A DNA stretch of 64,000 nt from positions 1,922,001-1,986,000 of the forward strand of contig JANHCV010000002.1 in the NCBI GenBank assembly GCA_025594325.1. The letters run 5' to 3'. Positions 47,036 to 58,018 of this stretch are shown in pieces. The stretch comes from Blastocladiella emersonii ATCC 22665 (lineage: Eukaryota > Fungi > Blastocladiomycota). The notes under the pieces were generated by a model that was given only the letters and a program-made list of their open reading frames with translations, had not been told where the DNA came from and ran no database searches. Position 1 is the stretch's first letter; each line of letters opens with the position of its first letter. The position numbers were made by a program, and so were the translations under genes.

Positions 47036-49512
47036 ATGCAATCTGATGAACTCACCTTCGCACGGCTCCCCACCAAGCTGGTGAGCGCCGTGCTCCGGCT
47101 TGCAACCCCGCGTGCTGTCGCCCCAGCTGCATCGGCCCTGCTTGTTTCTGCGATCGCCGACGATTCTGTGACTTTTTCCTGGACTTTCTCCGTTCTACTT
47201 GGGCTCCTGGGTTACCCTCGCAGCGGCCGCCTTGAACCTAAAGCCGTGCTGGGGGTTTTTCGCCCCTGCGCACAACGACCACGTTGGCACCAATACCGAC
47301 CCAGCGTCGGGACAAGCTCCCGAAGATCTCAATCCCTCGATGACGTCTCTGCTTGTCAACTTGGTTGCACTCGTGCGTCGCCGCATCCGCGCTAGCGACT
47401 TTAACTCGGACCACATGCACGAGTACCAAGACCGTACGCTGACAGGGCGACCTGACACCATTTTCAACGATCCCCAGGTTATGTTCATTGAGCTTGTCCT
47501 CGCGACCGTAGCGCGTGGTCAATCAGACGCCCTGTGGCAAATTCTCGATGGAACCGTCGCTGAACGGCCAAAGTTGCTCGACATGGAAACGGAGCTCGAA
47601 CGTTGGATTTCTCTCCTCGAGTACTTTGTCGACTTGCCCTTCTACTCCGGGGAGTTCGACTTGCCCCAACTTTCAATGGACACGTTGCGCAATTCGGGTC
47701 TCCCCCCAAATCCTGAAAGGCTGGGCGCGTCACGCGACGCGCCGAACCGCAACGCAAGCGACCTGCCACGCCTCTCGACGAGCGCTGCACTCGCGACTCC
47801 CTGCAAAGCGAGGGCCGAACTTTCAGGCCTCGCTTCCGCGCGTCGGCCGCGTTCCGCAAGCGGCGAGAGGCATGGCAGGTCGCGGCGGCGCCCGCAAGCT
47901 GGCGGCGGCGCAGGTCGCGTGGACGCGCCAGCCTTTCAAGTTTCGGGGAAAGACCCGAATTGCGCAACGTGTCCAATACGTTTCAGTGCCGCCTTGCCAT
48001 ACTTGGCGCTACTGATGTGGGATCACACGTGCTTCCGGCTGCTCGTAGGCGAGCCGCGGTACGGAGTTGACGAACCAGCGCTTGTCGCCTTACTCTTTAC
48101 AATGGAACCGGCGGATTTTGTACTGCGGGCAGCGACGCCATCGGAGGACTTTTTTACTTGGATCCTCGACCGCGGCGAGCAAATGTCGAAGGCTGTGCGC
48201 AACTTGTACGTGCACACCGCCGCGGTGTTGGGTCCCGAGCTTCTCTTCTCGCTCATCGCCAAGTTTCCCGATCTAGTCATCCCTGCGCTCGCCATCAGCC
48301 CCGATTTCGATGATACTGTGCTCAAATGCTGGGTCCCCGCCTGCGTCATGACTTGTGAGTTGGAAAACAGACAACTCGGGACGTGCATCGCTGAATGGGT
48401 TGACCGCGGTCTTTCACTTGACCGAATCAAGTTCCTCGACAGCCATGGGCTGATTGCTCGAAACTGCTGGAGCTTCATCGTCGGTGCTCTCCTGGCTCGC
48501 GGTGAGCTTGACTTTGTTGTTCAGGTCCGCGAGCGCGACCCGGTCCACGAATGGAAGCAGCACCTCCTCAATGGTACGCGTCACGCTACTATCTCACTAA
48601 ACTGCGCAGCAACGCGAAACTGAGACGTGTCTCGTTGGTTATATAGCGTATTGCAATGGTCGACTGGAGTCCCGTGCGTCGACCAAGGTCGCGGTTGCTG
48701 TCCTACGGTTTGCGTTGATCCCAGGGCCGCGCTTCAGTTGCGACGGCCGCCTGACCCTTCACGACTTTATCCGCGATTATGCCAAACTCGATGGAGAGCC
48801 GCGTGTCAACTGGCAACACGAATTTCTTTTCGACGCGGATGGCGTTCTTGCGCTCCCGAGTGAGCTCTTCACATTTGCGCCCTCGAACCTGGACGAGGAA
48901 CGCGTGATTTGGGCCGCGGCCGTCGACCTCGTGTGGGTTTTCATCTCAAGCGAAGGCGGTCGGCCGAGTTGGGATATCAGAGAGCGAATCAAAGCGTCCA
49001 ACACAACTCATGTGTTCCTGCATGCCGTGGTTCGGACTCTCTTCACCCCAAGCGACGACTTCAACGCCGTGCCGTCGAGGACCGAGTACTTTGCCGAGCA
49101 TTAAGCGCCTGAGCTTTGCTCTGACTGTCCGCTTATGCGACAGAAGGCTTGGTGTGATCTCATTGCTTTGCTGCAGAATGAGTGCGTGCAAGACCGTGAG
49201 CAGCTACGACCACTTGCGTCTCTCATCGACCAGTCTTGGAGCCGCTTGTGCACGATTGCTGCTTGGGAAAAATCTATGCGCACGGCGGCGCCGCCGATGA
49301 CCGCCAAATGCAAGTGCGAGTGCAGCTGGGAAACGTCGGTCCAATACGTTGTGAGCATCTCGTACGTTGTCAATTGGGCAGCCGCTTCGAAAAGGTCGCG
49401 CGAAATGTTGGACGCGGGTGCCGACACTTGGGAGATGATTTGGAAGCTCCCGGACATGGTCATGGACGATATTGACGAACCGCGGATCCTGCGAGCGCTT
49501 GGGCCTTTCTGA
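47036..49512 (+). pseudogene. Array B copy 5: frameshift near 47250, MITE insertion and premature TAA at 49102-49104; intron 48574-48646
   Basis: MQSDELTFARLPTKLV; frame change between ORFs 46889 and 47199; EYFAEH*APELCSDCPL versus paralog VGQQTPALCPSCPL. Confidence 0.8.
47678..47974. mobile_element. MITE, 297 bp, with long TIRs and a 3-bp AAT target duplication
   Basis: GGACACGTTGCGCAATTCGGGTCT at the left and AGACCCGAATTGCGCAACGTGTCC at the right (24-bp perfect), with imperfect pairing further in. AAT at 47675-47677 and 47975-47977; excision restores LPQLSIRFSAAL, matching paralogs. Confidence 0.93.
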
Positions 49513-49852
49513 TTTCGCACTTGCTTGACCCAACCGATGCGGCATTGCTCAAATCAAGCTCGTCCAGCTCGCTCAAGTGGTGCGTTCATCATCGACATCA
49601 GTCTCTTTTGTATTGAAATCGATTCAGTGCCCAGTATCCTTTGAGCTAGCGCTTGCCGGTGTAGTGGGCGGGGACGCGTTGCGCCACATCGCGAGACTGA
49701 AACACGGGACGATCAAAACTTCGATCACGCTCATGCCCAATCGCTATCGAGGTCAGGCAGGAACAGGGAGAGAAGATGGAGACAACATTCGTGTATTTAC
49801 ATGTGCGTCTGTGATACTGGGACAAGGAAGCAAACCGCCGCATCGCGACCGC

Positions 49853-51058
49853 TCAGTTGCGCTGGTTGCGCGTGCTGCGGATACCGTTCGCGTTGTTGAG
49901 GTTCGCACCGGCGCCAGCGCCAGCGTTCGCACCCGCACCCGCACCCGCACCGACGTTGCCGCGCAGGTTCGCGGTGTTGCCGTTGTTACCCGTCGCGACG
50001 TTGCCGTTCGTGCGACCGCCCGCGTTCGCGTTCCCGTTCCCGCGCAGGTTACCGTTGTTCGCACCGGCGCCAGCGCCAACGTTCCCGCGCACGCTCCCGT
50101 TCGCCGCGCCCGCGCCCGCGCCCGCGTTGTTGTTGTTGTTGTTGCGAGCGTTTCCGCGAGCGTTCCCGACGTTGCCGCGCGCGTTCGCGTTGTTGTTACC
50201 CGCGCCAGCGCCCACGTTTCCACGAACGTTGCCGCCCGCACCCGCCCCAGCCCCGACGTTCCCGTTCGACGCGTTGCCGCCCGCACCAACATTGGCGCCC
50301 GCGCCCGTGTTGATATCGCCGCCAGTCGCGTCGTTTCCGCCTGTCGCCGCATCGTTGCCGCCCGTCGCCGCGTCGAGGCCGTTTCCAGCGCCACCCGCAC
50401 CCGCGCCAGTTCCCGCATCCGCCCCAGCCCCGTTGTCGGCCGCGACCGAGGCCATCATGACCGGGATGCAACCGCCGAACGGGCCCGCGTTGGCGGGGTT
50501 GCGGCAGCGGACGATGCACGCGTTGCCGTCGGCGCCGCCCGTGCACTGCGCGTTCTGCGGGATCATGACCATGAGCGGCTGCGGCGTCGTGTTGGTGGCG
50601 CGGTTGCGGCCGCGCGTGCCCGGCAGGTTCTGCATGACCTGCAGCGGCTGGAAGTCGGTGCCCGAGGCGGTCGTCGAGATGTCGCACGTGTAGGGCCCCG
50701 CGCCGTCGGCGTTGATCTGGTGCACCGTCAGCGTCAGGGGCTGGCCGGGCGCGACCATGGGCAGCCCGCCGAGCTCGGCCTTCATCGCCGACATGCCCGT
50801 CTTGATGTCGTTGTTGCCGCCGCCGAGCGTGCGGCCGCAGGGGGACCCGCCCTCGGCGATCTCGCCGTCGCGGATGATGGACGCGTCCTGCTGGAACGGG
50901 TTGCGGCCGGTGCCGTCGCGCGGCGTCGTCATCTTGATGCCGATGGCACGACCTTCGATGTTGTTGATGCCCTTGGCGCCGATGATGGCGCCGTGCGCGT
51001 CGACGGACGTGGCGGCCGCGGCCGCGATGGCGAGGAGGGCAATGACCGAGTACTGCAT
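49853..51058 (-). CDS. Secreted Egh16-like (DUF3129; GAS1/CAS1 family) protein, 401 aa, with a Gly/Ala/Asn repeat tail
   Basis: Signal peptide MQYSVIALLAIAAAAATSVDA then HGAI; TPRDGT..PFQQD, CGRT, TVHQINADGAGPYTC and CTGG..CIVRCRNPANAGPFGGC; TATAAA at 51224-51229. Confidence 0.85.
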   Translation of the reverse strand: MQYSVIALLAIAAAAATSVDAHGAIIGAKGINNIEGRAIGIKMTTPRDGTGRNPFQQDASIIRDGEIAEGGSPCGRTLGGGNNDIKTGMSAMKAELGGLPMVAPGQPLTLTVHQINADGAGPYTCDISTTASGTDFQPLQVMQNLPGTRGRNRATNTTPQPLMVMIPQNAQCTGGADGNACIVRCRNPANAGPFGGCIPVMMASVAADNGAGADAGTGAGAGGAGNGLDAATGGNDAATGGNDATGGDINTGAGANVGAGGNASNGNVGAGAGAGGNVRGNVGAGAGNNNANARGNVGNARGNARNNNNNNAGAGAGAANGSVRGNVGAGAGANNGNLRGNGNANAGGRTNGNVATGNNGNTANLRGNVGAGAGAGANAGAGAGANLNNANGIRSTRNQRN

Positions 51059-51868
51059 GTTGGCGTTTTGGGTGAGGTTGAGGGTATGAACGACGACCAG
51101 CGAAGTTGTGAGGGTAGGGAGATGAGTGGTTGATGGAGGGTTGGTGATCGAACGGCCAGCGTTGATCGGGGGTGGAGGGGGATGTTGAACTGAGAAGAGG
51201 AGGAGCGAGGGACGCGCGGGACCTTTATACTCGGTCCCTCGCCATGGCCGCCGACTCGGCCGACGGCTCGCGCACTCGCTCAACAAGGCCGAGAAATGTG
51301 AGCGACGCGGCGCAGACTTCAGTGCTTGTGTACTGATCGCGCCCCCGCCGAAATACTGGCGCGGAGCGTGCGCCGCTCTGGGAAAGATGAACGCGAGGCT
51401 CGCGCGCGGGGGAAGCGGCCATGGTGCTTCCGAAAGTATAGCCGAGCACAGCGAAGCGCAAGTTGCAACTGTGGCTGTTGCGGGGACCCAGCCCGCGGCG
51501 TCGGCTCGTGCGTGGGCTGAGCCCAGGTGCGCAGCCACGAGTCACGGGGGACCGAGTGGCTGCGGCGACCCGATGCTGCGCCACCACAACCTCAGCCTCA
51601 GCCACAACTCGACGTCATCGCGCGCGCGCGTTGACGACGCGACGAACGTCAGGCCGCTACTCTCCGTAACGCGTCAAATTCGTTGGAAACGGTGGTGAAA
51701 GGGACATGAATCGAAAATGCATTATGACGCACGCGGTGTCGCCATCCATGGGCACACCACACATCTGGCATTGAGCTGGCGCGCGAGTGATGGCCGCGCT
51801 CGTTCCTGTCGCTCAGCTCTGCTACTCCGCGGCAAAAGACACGACAGGGTCTCTCGTGGCCGGCACGA

Positions 51869-52639
51869 TCAAGTTCGAGTGATCGGCGTGGGTCTGCGGC
51901 CGCGCCGACTCGCCATGCTCAGGCCTCGCGCTTGCTGCCATGGCCTCGATCCCCGCCGCTGAAAGCTGCTCGACTGGAGCGGAAAAGCGCCGACAGAGCG
52001 CGACTCGATTGCCGAGTGGACGAGCGAGCGGCACAGCCCGGTAGTTGGCTCAGTAACAGCGAGATTGACTTTCAAAATAGGGCTACTGCTGCTGCGAGTG
52101 TAGTCGAGTGTGTGCAGCATCGCGACGTCCCCGCGCATGGCGGTGATGTGCAAGGCGATTCCCGTGCGCGGGTCGGCCTCCTTGCAGACCCTAGTGAACC
52201 GACCAGGCTTCGCGCCCGCCTCGACAAGGATGCGCGCTGCTTCGACGTGGCCGCCGCGAACCGCGTGGATCAAGGCGGGCATCGAGTGGGCGTCGTCAAC
52301 ACCGCTCGGTCAAACATTGGGCGAGGGAACAAGAGCGAGCATTGTGTAGAGCAGCGGCACATTACCCGTCCCCGCGAAGCCGCACAGCGCACGCGCGCGG
52401 TCGTTCGCCGACAGGATGAGCTTGTCCAGCGGGAGGGCGCCGATGGCATCACACGCAGTCCGTGATACGGTCCGAAGGGTAGCGCAATCCTTGGGATCGA
52501 GGTACCGCAAGCACAACGGGCGCCAAACGAGACCGACGTGGGCGAGGTCGACGAGCGAAGGGCCTGACGGCGCGGTGGATGGTGGCAGCGGCTCCTGCAG
52601 CAAGTCAGCATCGGAATCCATTCTTTGCATCAAGTCCAT
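51869..52639 (-). pseudogene. Array C copy 1: 5' fragment (F-box-like plus first ankyrin repeats) with TGA at 52310-52312, truncated near 51990
   Basis: SLVDLAHVGLVWRPLCLRYLDPKDCATLRTVSR; PNV*PSG versus paralog PNVRP; homology ends after IESRS. Confidence 0.8.
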
Positions 52640-52823
52640 GAGGATGTCGGGGTGCTGAAGAGCAGCAGGGAGAGCGGGAGATGAAGGGCGCGGGCGCGCT
52701 CGACGATACTCGCGTGTGGCGCAACGCGTCCTTTGAGCTGTCGGCCGCTCGGCGGCGAGTTCGCGGTAAGTGGAGTTAAACGTGGATAAAACACTTGATT
52801 GCATTCAGTACTTCTAAGGTTCA

Positions 52824-55768
52824 TCACTCGGCTGCTTCGTCATCGCCAGACATGCCCGACGCGACCCATCCGACGCCGCTAAACGGCCATTGGGACGCCT
52901 TGCTACCCGTCCCGGTCATAGGGAAGGAGAAGTCAAAGGCAGGGGGTTCGGCGAACGGCGAGCCCGTAAACGCGATCGACGGTCTGAAGCTAGGTTGTGG
53001 CATTGGTTGGTACGTGAGATCCCCACAGGCGTTGTGACACGGCGTGGTTGATACGAGCGGGGCACCGTGCGAGTTGAGCGTGGCGATGATGGTGTTGAGC
53101 GCCGTAACAGAAAGGCCAGGATAACGCTCAAATTCGCGCGCAAGTCGCGGCTGGAGGTGCGAGGGAGGGATCTGCGAGACGCTTGCGACGAAAAGTGATG
53201 GAGCAGGCTGTGAAGCAGACAAGAACGAGGCGGGCCTCTCACGCGAGGAGGTCGCTGACGGTGACCCCGGAGTCAAAGCGAGAGAGGCAAAGTCAAAGTC
53301 GAAGCTGAGCGCGGCGGTTGCTGGCAAGGAATGCGAATTCCGTGATCCACAATCGTTGAGGCTAATCTCAGCAATAGACCTGTCGATACCGCCCGCAGTC
53401 TTCTCGCGCTCTTGCAGCATCCAGCGAAGGTAGAAGGCGAGTTGCAAGGGCGTGAGCTGGCACTGCTTACCATTCGCGGATCTGGCGCGGGAGCGGCGAG
53501 ACGCATTCGAAGACCGCGTTGAAAGGGAAGAGACGCTGCAGTAACGAACGTCATGCTCGCCAATCGATGGGCTAGCGCCACCTTCGTCAAGTAGCAACGC
53601 GACCATTTCCGAGTCGGCGTTCAGGATCGCCTGAGCGAGCGGGGAGCGCTCCACAAACGACCGCCGCGGCATGAAGTTAACGGTGATCACAACCGAGTGA
53701 TCAAGACCAAGATCGGGCAATGCGCCGTGGCGCAGTAGAAGCCGGACGATTTCGTAGTCGCGGCGCGCGACGGCGCGGAAAAGCGGGTTTGAAAGCTGCG
53801 CAAACAAGCGGTCCGTCAAGTCAATCTCGCCGTTGAGCTCAAGCTGCTCGGTGGTAAACGGGACTGAAAGAGGGGACTTGGTGTTGAGAACGAGATAATC
53901 GCTGTCCAGGAAGCCCTGTAGATTCATTGACACGGCCTAGTCATGCGACACGTTGGATTAGTTACCCGCGTTCAGAGGAAATGCGTTTAACGTACGTTGA
54001 GCGAAACATCAATGGCCGTGCCGCGCAGTCCAGCGGGACGGTCTATCTTGGACGCACGCGCGACGTGCGGGATCAAGGCCTCGAAGTGGGCTGCGTCGTC
54101 GCGCGTCATAAGTGTCGAAATGACAAGGGTGGCCATGATCGCAAACGGCGTGTGCATTCCACGAGTGAGGAGATCCACAATAGCGGGATGGTCGGTTCCA
54201 ATCGTCAGCAAGGCGAGATGGACCGGACACACCCCATCCACGTCGTACACGTCAGATCGCGCACCACCTGCAAGCATCTCGCCAAGTAGTGGGTCCCAAT
54301 AGTCGGAAGTTTCGTCGCGAGCGAGTAAAATGTGAAGCGGTGATCGGTACTCGAGTTCAGCCTGTACGGCAGTTGAAAGTTGAGCGGTTGCGTTCCACGG
54401 GATCACAACATCGGCTCCGTACCGCGCCCGCAGCACGTCAAGAATCGTCACAGCAATTTCGTCCCCGCGCGAAACAGCACAACAAAGTGCGTAGTAGGCA
54501 CCGTCGCTTGACTCGTCAGCGTCCGTAGCATCGTTCGAGATTGGGCACCCAAGGACTGGCGCGTGAGAGAACCCAGGAATTGTAAGCGGGGCACCGAATT
54601 CGACGGCGAGTACACGGGCGAGATCGGATTGACCGCGCTCGACAGCGCACAGAAAGTAGGAGCGGTGCGGCGCGCCCTCTGGAAAGTGGCGCCAGCAGTT
54701 GTGAGCGATTACAAGGTTCCGCGAGCGAAAAGCTGGGACAAGAAGGCGCACGAGTTCGATCCAGTTGTCATCAATTGCGATGTCAAGTGCAGTGGTCGGA
54801 CGAGTTTTGGTGCTGGTGCTGGTGCTGGTGCTGGTGCTGGTACTGGTCGGGCGCACGAGCGGGATACCCGCGCCGAGCAAGCGCTGCACCATGTCGAGGT
54901 TGCGGTAGCGAATGGCAAACGTGAGAAGGTCGCCCTGACTATACGAATCCGAGAGGTACTCGTCAGGCAGCAGGGCATTCGCCGTTGGCAAGGCACAGTC
55001 CGTCAGAAGCCAGTCGAGAATATCGCGCACATCGTAACGGATGGCGAAAAACATGAGGACGGCTACAGCAGCACCGTGGCGTGCGGGGTCAGCAGGTAGT
55101 AGCCGCGCGCCCATCTCGTCGACGAGGATGCGCAAGATTTCGAGCGATCGCGACTCCATGGCCGAGGCGATAAGCGAGGGTACAAGCTTAGACTCGAGCG
55201 GACCGTTGACAAGAGACGCGGCGTGGCAAGCGTGGCGGGTGTAGACGAGCACGCGCAGCATGTCCACGTTCCCGCGCGTGACGGCGATGCGTAGCGCGCT
55301 GGTTGGCCAACGGTCGTAAGATCCCGGGACTCGAAATGTGTGCGTAGGCTTCGCTCCAGCCGCAACGAGGATACGCGCAGTTTCAAGCTGGTTGGCGCGC
55401 ACAGCATGGATCAAGGGCGGAGCTGCGTCTTCGACGTAATGCGGCCGAACGTTGGGTGAAGGTACCGCGTCCAGCAGCTTGCGAACCATGGACACGTTGC
55501 CCGACGCGGCGAAGCAGCAGAGAGCGCTTGTGCGATCGTTGCACGTCGGGTAGAGCACTTTGAGAGGCAGCGCATCGTCGATAGCGGCGCGCGCTCCACG
55601 CGATACGGAGCGCAGAGTAGAGCGGTCCTCTGTCGCAAGGAAGCGGATGCACAGCAGTTGCCACACGGGATCGACGTGGGCGAGGTCGAGGAGGGTCAGT
55701 GCATTTGGAGCGACTAGCGACGGCGGTTCCGTGCTCGAGTTGTCTTCATTAGTTTGCATCAAGTTCAT
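52824..55768 (-). CDS. Array C copy 2, intact, 961 aa: F-box-like + ankyrin repeats + FxF-motif disordered tail; complement join(52824..53936,53996..55768)
   Basis: LLDLAHVDPVWQLLCIRFLATEDRSTLRSVSR; ankyrin motifs PPLIHAVRANQLETARILVAAGA, TALDIAIDDNWIELVRLL and PLFRAVARRDYEIVRLLLRHGA; phase-0 GTACGT..CTAAT..TAG intron. Confidence 0.85.
54810..54846. repeat. (TGCTGG)n microsatellite encoding STSTSTST in C2
   Basis: About six hexamer units visible. Confidence 0.8.
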
Positions 55769-56019
55769 TGAGTTGATTGTGCCGATATGTTCGAGGGGGG
55801 GGGGGCGCGGGGGAGGGAGAGAGGAGACCAGTCCGCCGACGCAGCGGGCGACGTCGCATGCTCCGAGCAGACACCTCACGTGTAAGTCTTTTCTCGACGC
55901 GTTGCTCATCGATCTGCGGAGCAGACCTCCCCTCTCACCTCGTTGAAGTGTCCTTGAGAAAAATTCAATATCAATTCATTTAGAACGAGCTACACGCCCT
56001 TCTCTGACGCAACCGATGC

Positions 56020-57559
56020 CTACAACGCTGCCGCGTCACCAAACACAGCCGCCGTCCCCGCGTCACCAACCGTCGGCCACTGGAACGCCCCAGCAAACGA
56101 GGTCGAGGCGTCGCCCGAGCGGCCACCTGCTGTTGCGCGAGCAGTTGCAGCTGAGAACTCGGATGCTGCCGCCGCCATATTCGACAAGCGCGCGCGCTTG
56201 GCCCCGTTGGGCCTGCTGCTGGCCTCGGGTCCAGCGACTGCTGCCGGCAGTCGAGTTGCTGCGGCCGAGTATTTGCCGATTGGAGTTACAGCGATGCGAA
56301 TCGGCTGGTTCGGATCACGGCGCGACCACAGCAGGTCCATAACTCGGCTGGTAAACGGTGCCCCGGGGATCGTGAGCGGCGCGTCGAACTCGGTGAAAAG
56401 CGTGTGGATGAGATCAGTCGAACCATTTTCGACGGCGCATTCGATGTAAGGATGAATCACACGTTTCTTCGTCGTCCTACCACGAGGGCAGGTGTGGCGG
56501 AGCGTGTGACTGCGTGAGCGAAAAGCGGGAACGAGAAGCCGCACCAGGTCAACGCGATTCGTGTCGACAGCAATATCAAGTGGCGACGGGACTTGCTTGC
56601 TGAGTTCCGAGTCAAGCGGACGCGTAAGTGGTAGATCGGTTGCAAGAAGGCGGCGGACGATGCCGGTGTTGCCGCGGCGGGCGGCCAGTGTGAAGATTTC
56701 GTCCCCACCGAACCAAGCGTATGATAGTCCGCTGGAAGCTGGAGACCGGCCGTCGGAAGCGCACACTTGGAGATCAGCCAGTCCAGAACGGCGAGTGCGT
56801 CGCGTTGAACAGCAAGTGCAATGAGAATGGCGGCCGCGTCGCAACGCTCGGCGCGCTTGAGAGGGAGAATGTGCAGCGCCCATTTGAACGAGCTGGCGCA
56901 AAGTGTCGACGGAGCGCGACTCGATGACTGAGTGGACAAGCGAGCGGCGTAACTTGGTTTTGGGTTTAATGACGGGACTATTGACAAGGCTCGAAGCATC
57001 TTCGGTGTGGCGAGTGAAGAGGAGCACGCGCAGCATGTCAACGTTTCCGCGCATGGCGGCAACGTGCAAGGGAACCATCGAGCGTGTGTCGATAAGCTCG
57101 CGACTTCCCGCCCTGTTTCCCGTCGACCTGGTAGGCCGTGCGCCGGCGGCGACGAGGACGCGCGCCGCCTCGACATGGTCGCCACGAACAGCGCGAAGCA
57201 GCGCCGAAGTTGGGTCGAAAGGCTTACGAATCTCCGTATCAGCTGAAGTCCCCGTAGAGAGCAGCTCACGAAGCTTGGGAGCGTCGCCCGATGCTGCGAA
57301 GCCGTGGAGCGCGCGTGCGGGCAGCTCCCGAATGATACGGTTTGGTGATCGGGAGGGCGTCGATGGCGGCATGCGTGAATCGCGAGGCAGAGCGAAGTGC
57401 GGTGCACTCCTTGGGTCTGAGGTAGCGCATGCACATCGGCCGCCAGACGGGAGCAAGTTGCGCAAGATCAAGCAGGGTCGGCGCTCTCGGAACCAACAGC
57501 GCCGGCGGCGGCGGCGCTGCTAGTGCCGGATCGGCTTCATTAGATTGCATCAAGTCCAT
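56020..57559 (-). pseudogene. Array C copy 3: frameshift near 57320 and an internal deletion removing the intron and middle of the gene
   Basis: MDLMQSNEAD..LLDLAQLAPVW then a frame change; APLTIPGAPFTS is fused directly to the exon-2 tail RVMDLLWSRR. Confidence 0.75.
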
Positions 57560-58018
57560 GGCGGGAACAGTGAGAGGAGTCCCTTCGAGTGAGCATGTTG
57601 AAGGAGAAAAAGCGGTCGCCAGCCAGGGCGGCGGCGGTGCTCATCGCCTGCCCCGCTAGCGCCGGCTGCCTTTCTCCTGCAATGAAACTCGATGCAGATG
57701 CATCCAAACTGTCTCTATGCTGTCAGCTTCGCGATGAGTGGAGAGGAAGCGAACGGGGCGACGCCGCGGCCACGACTCGTCTGTGGGTTCCTCACCCGCT
57801 TCATCGCCTCGTCGAACGGCGCTACCGCGTCGGCCTCAAGCAGGGGTGCCCCGAGCGGGAACCGACGGGGATGCCCTGCGTGAACGAGTCGATCGGCGAG
57901 GCCCCATGTCGCATGTGTGAAGGTGCCGTCTGATGAGCGCGACGCCCAAGGGCCTCAGGAGGCACCTTGCTGAGAAGCCATATAGCGATGAAGATGTGAG
58001 CTATGTATTCGCGCTATC

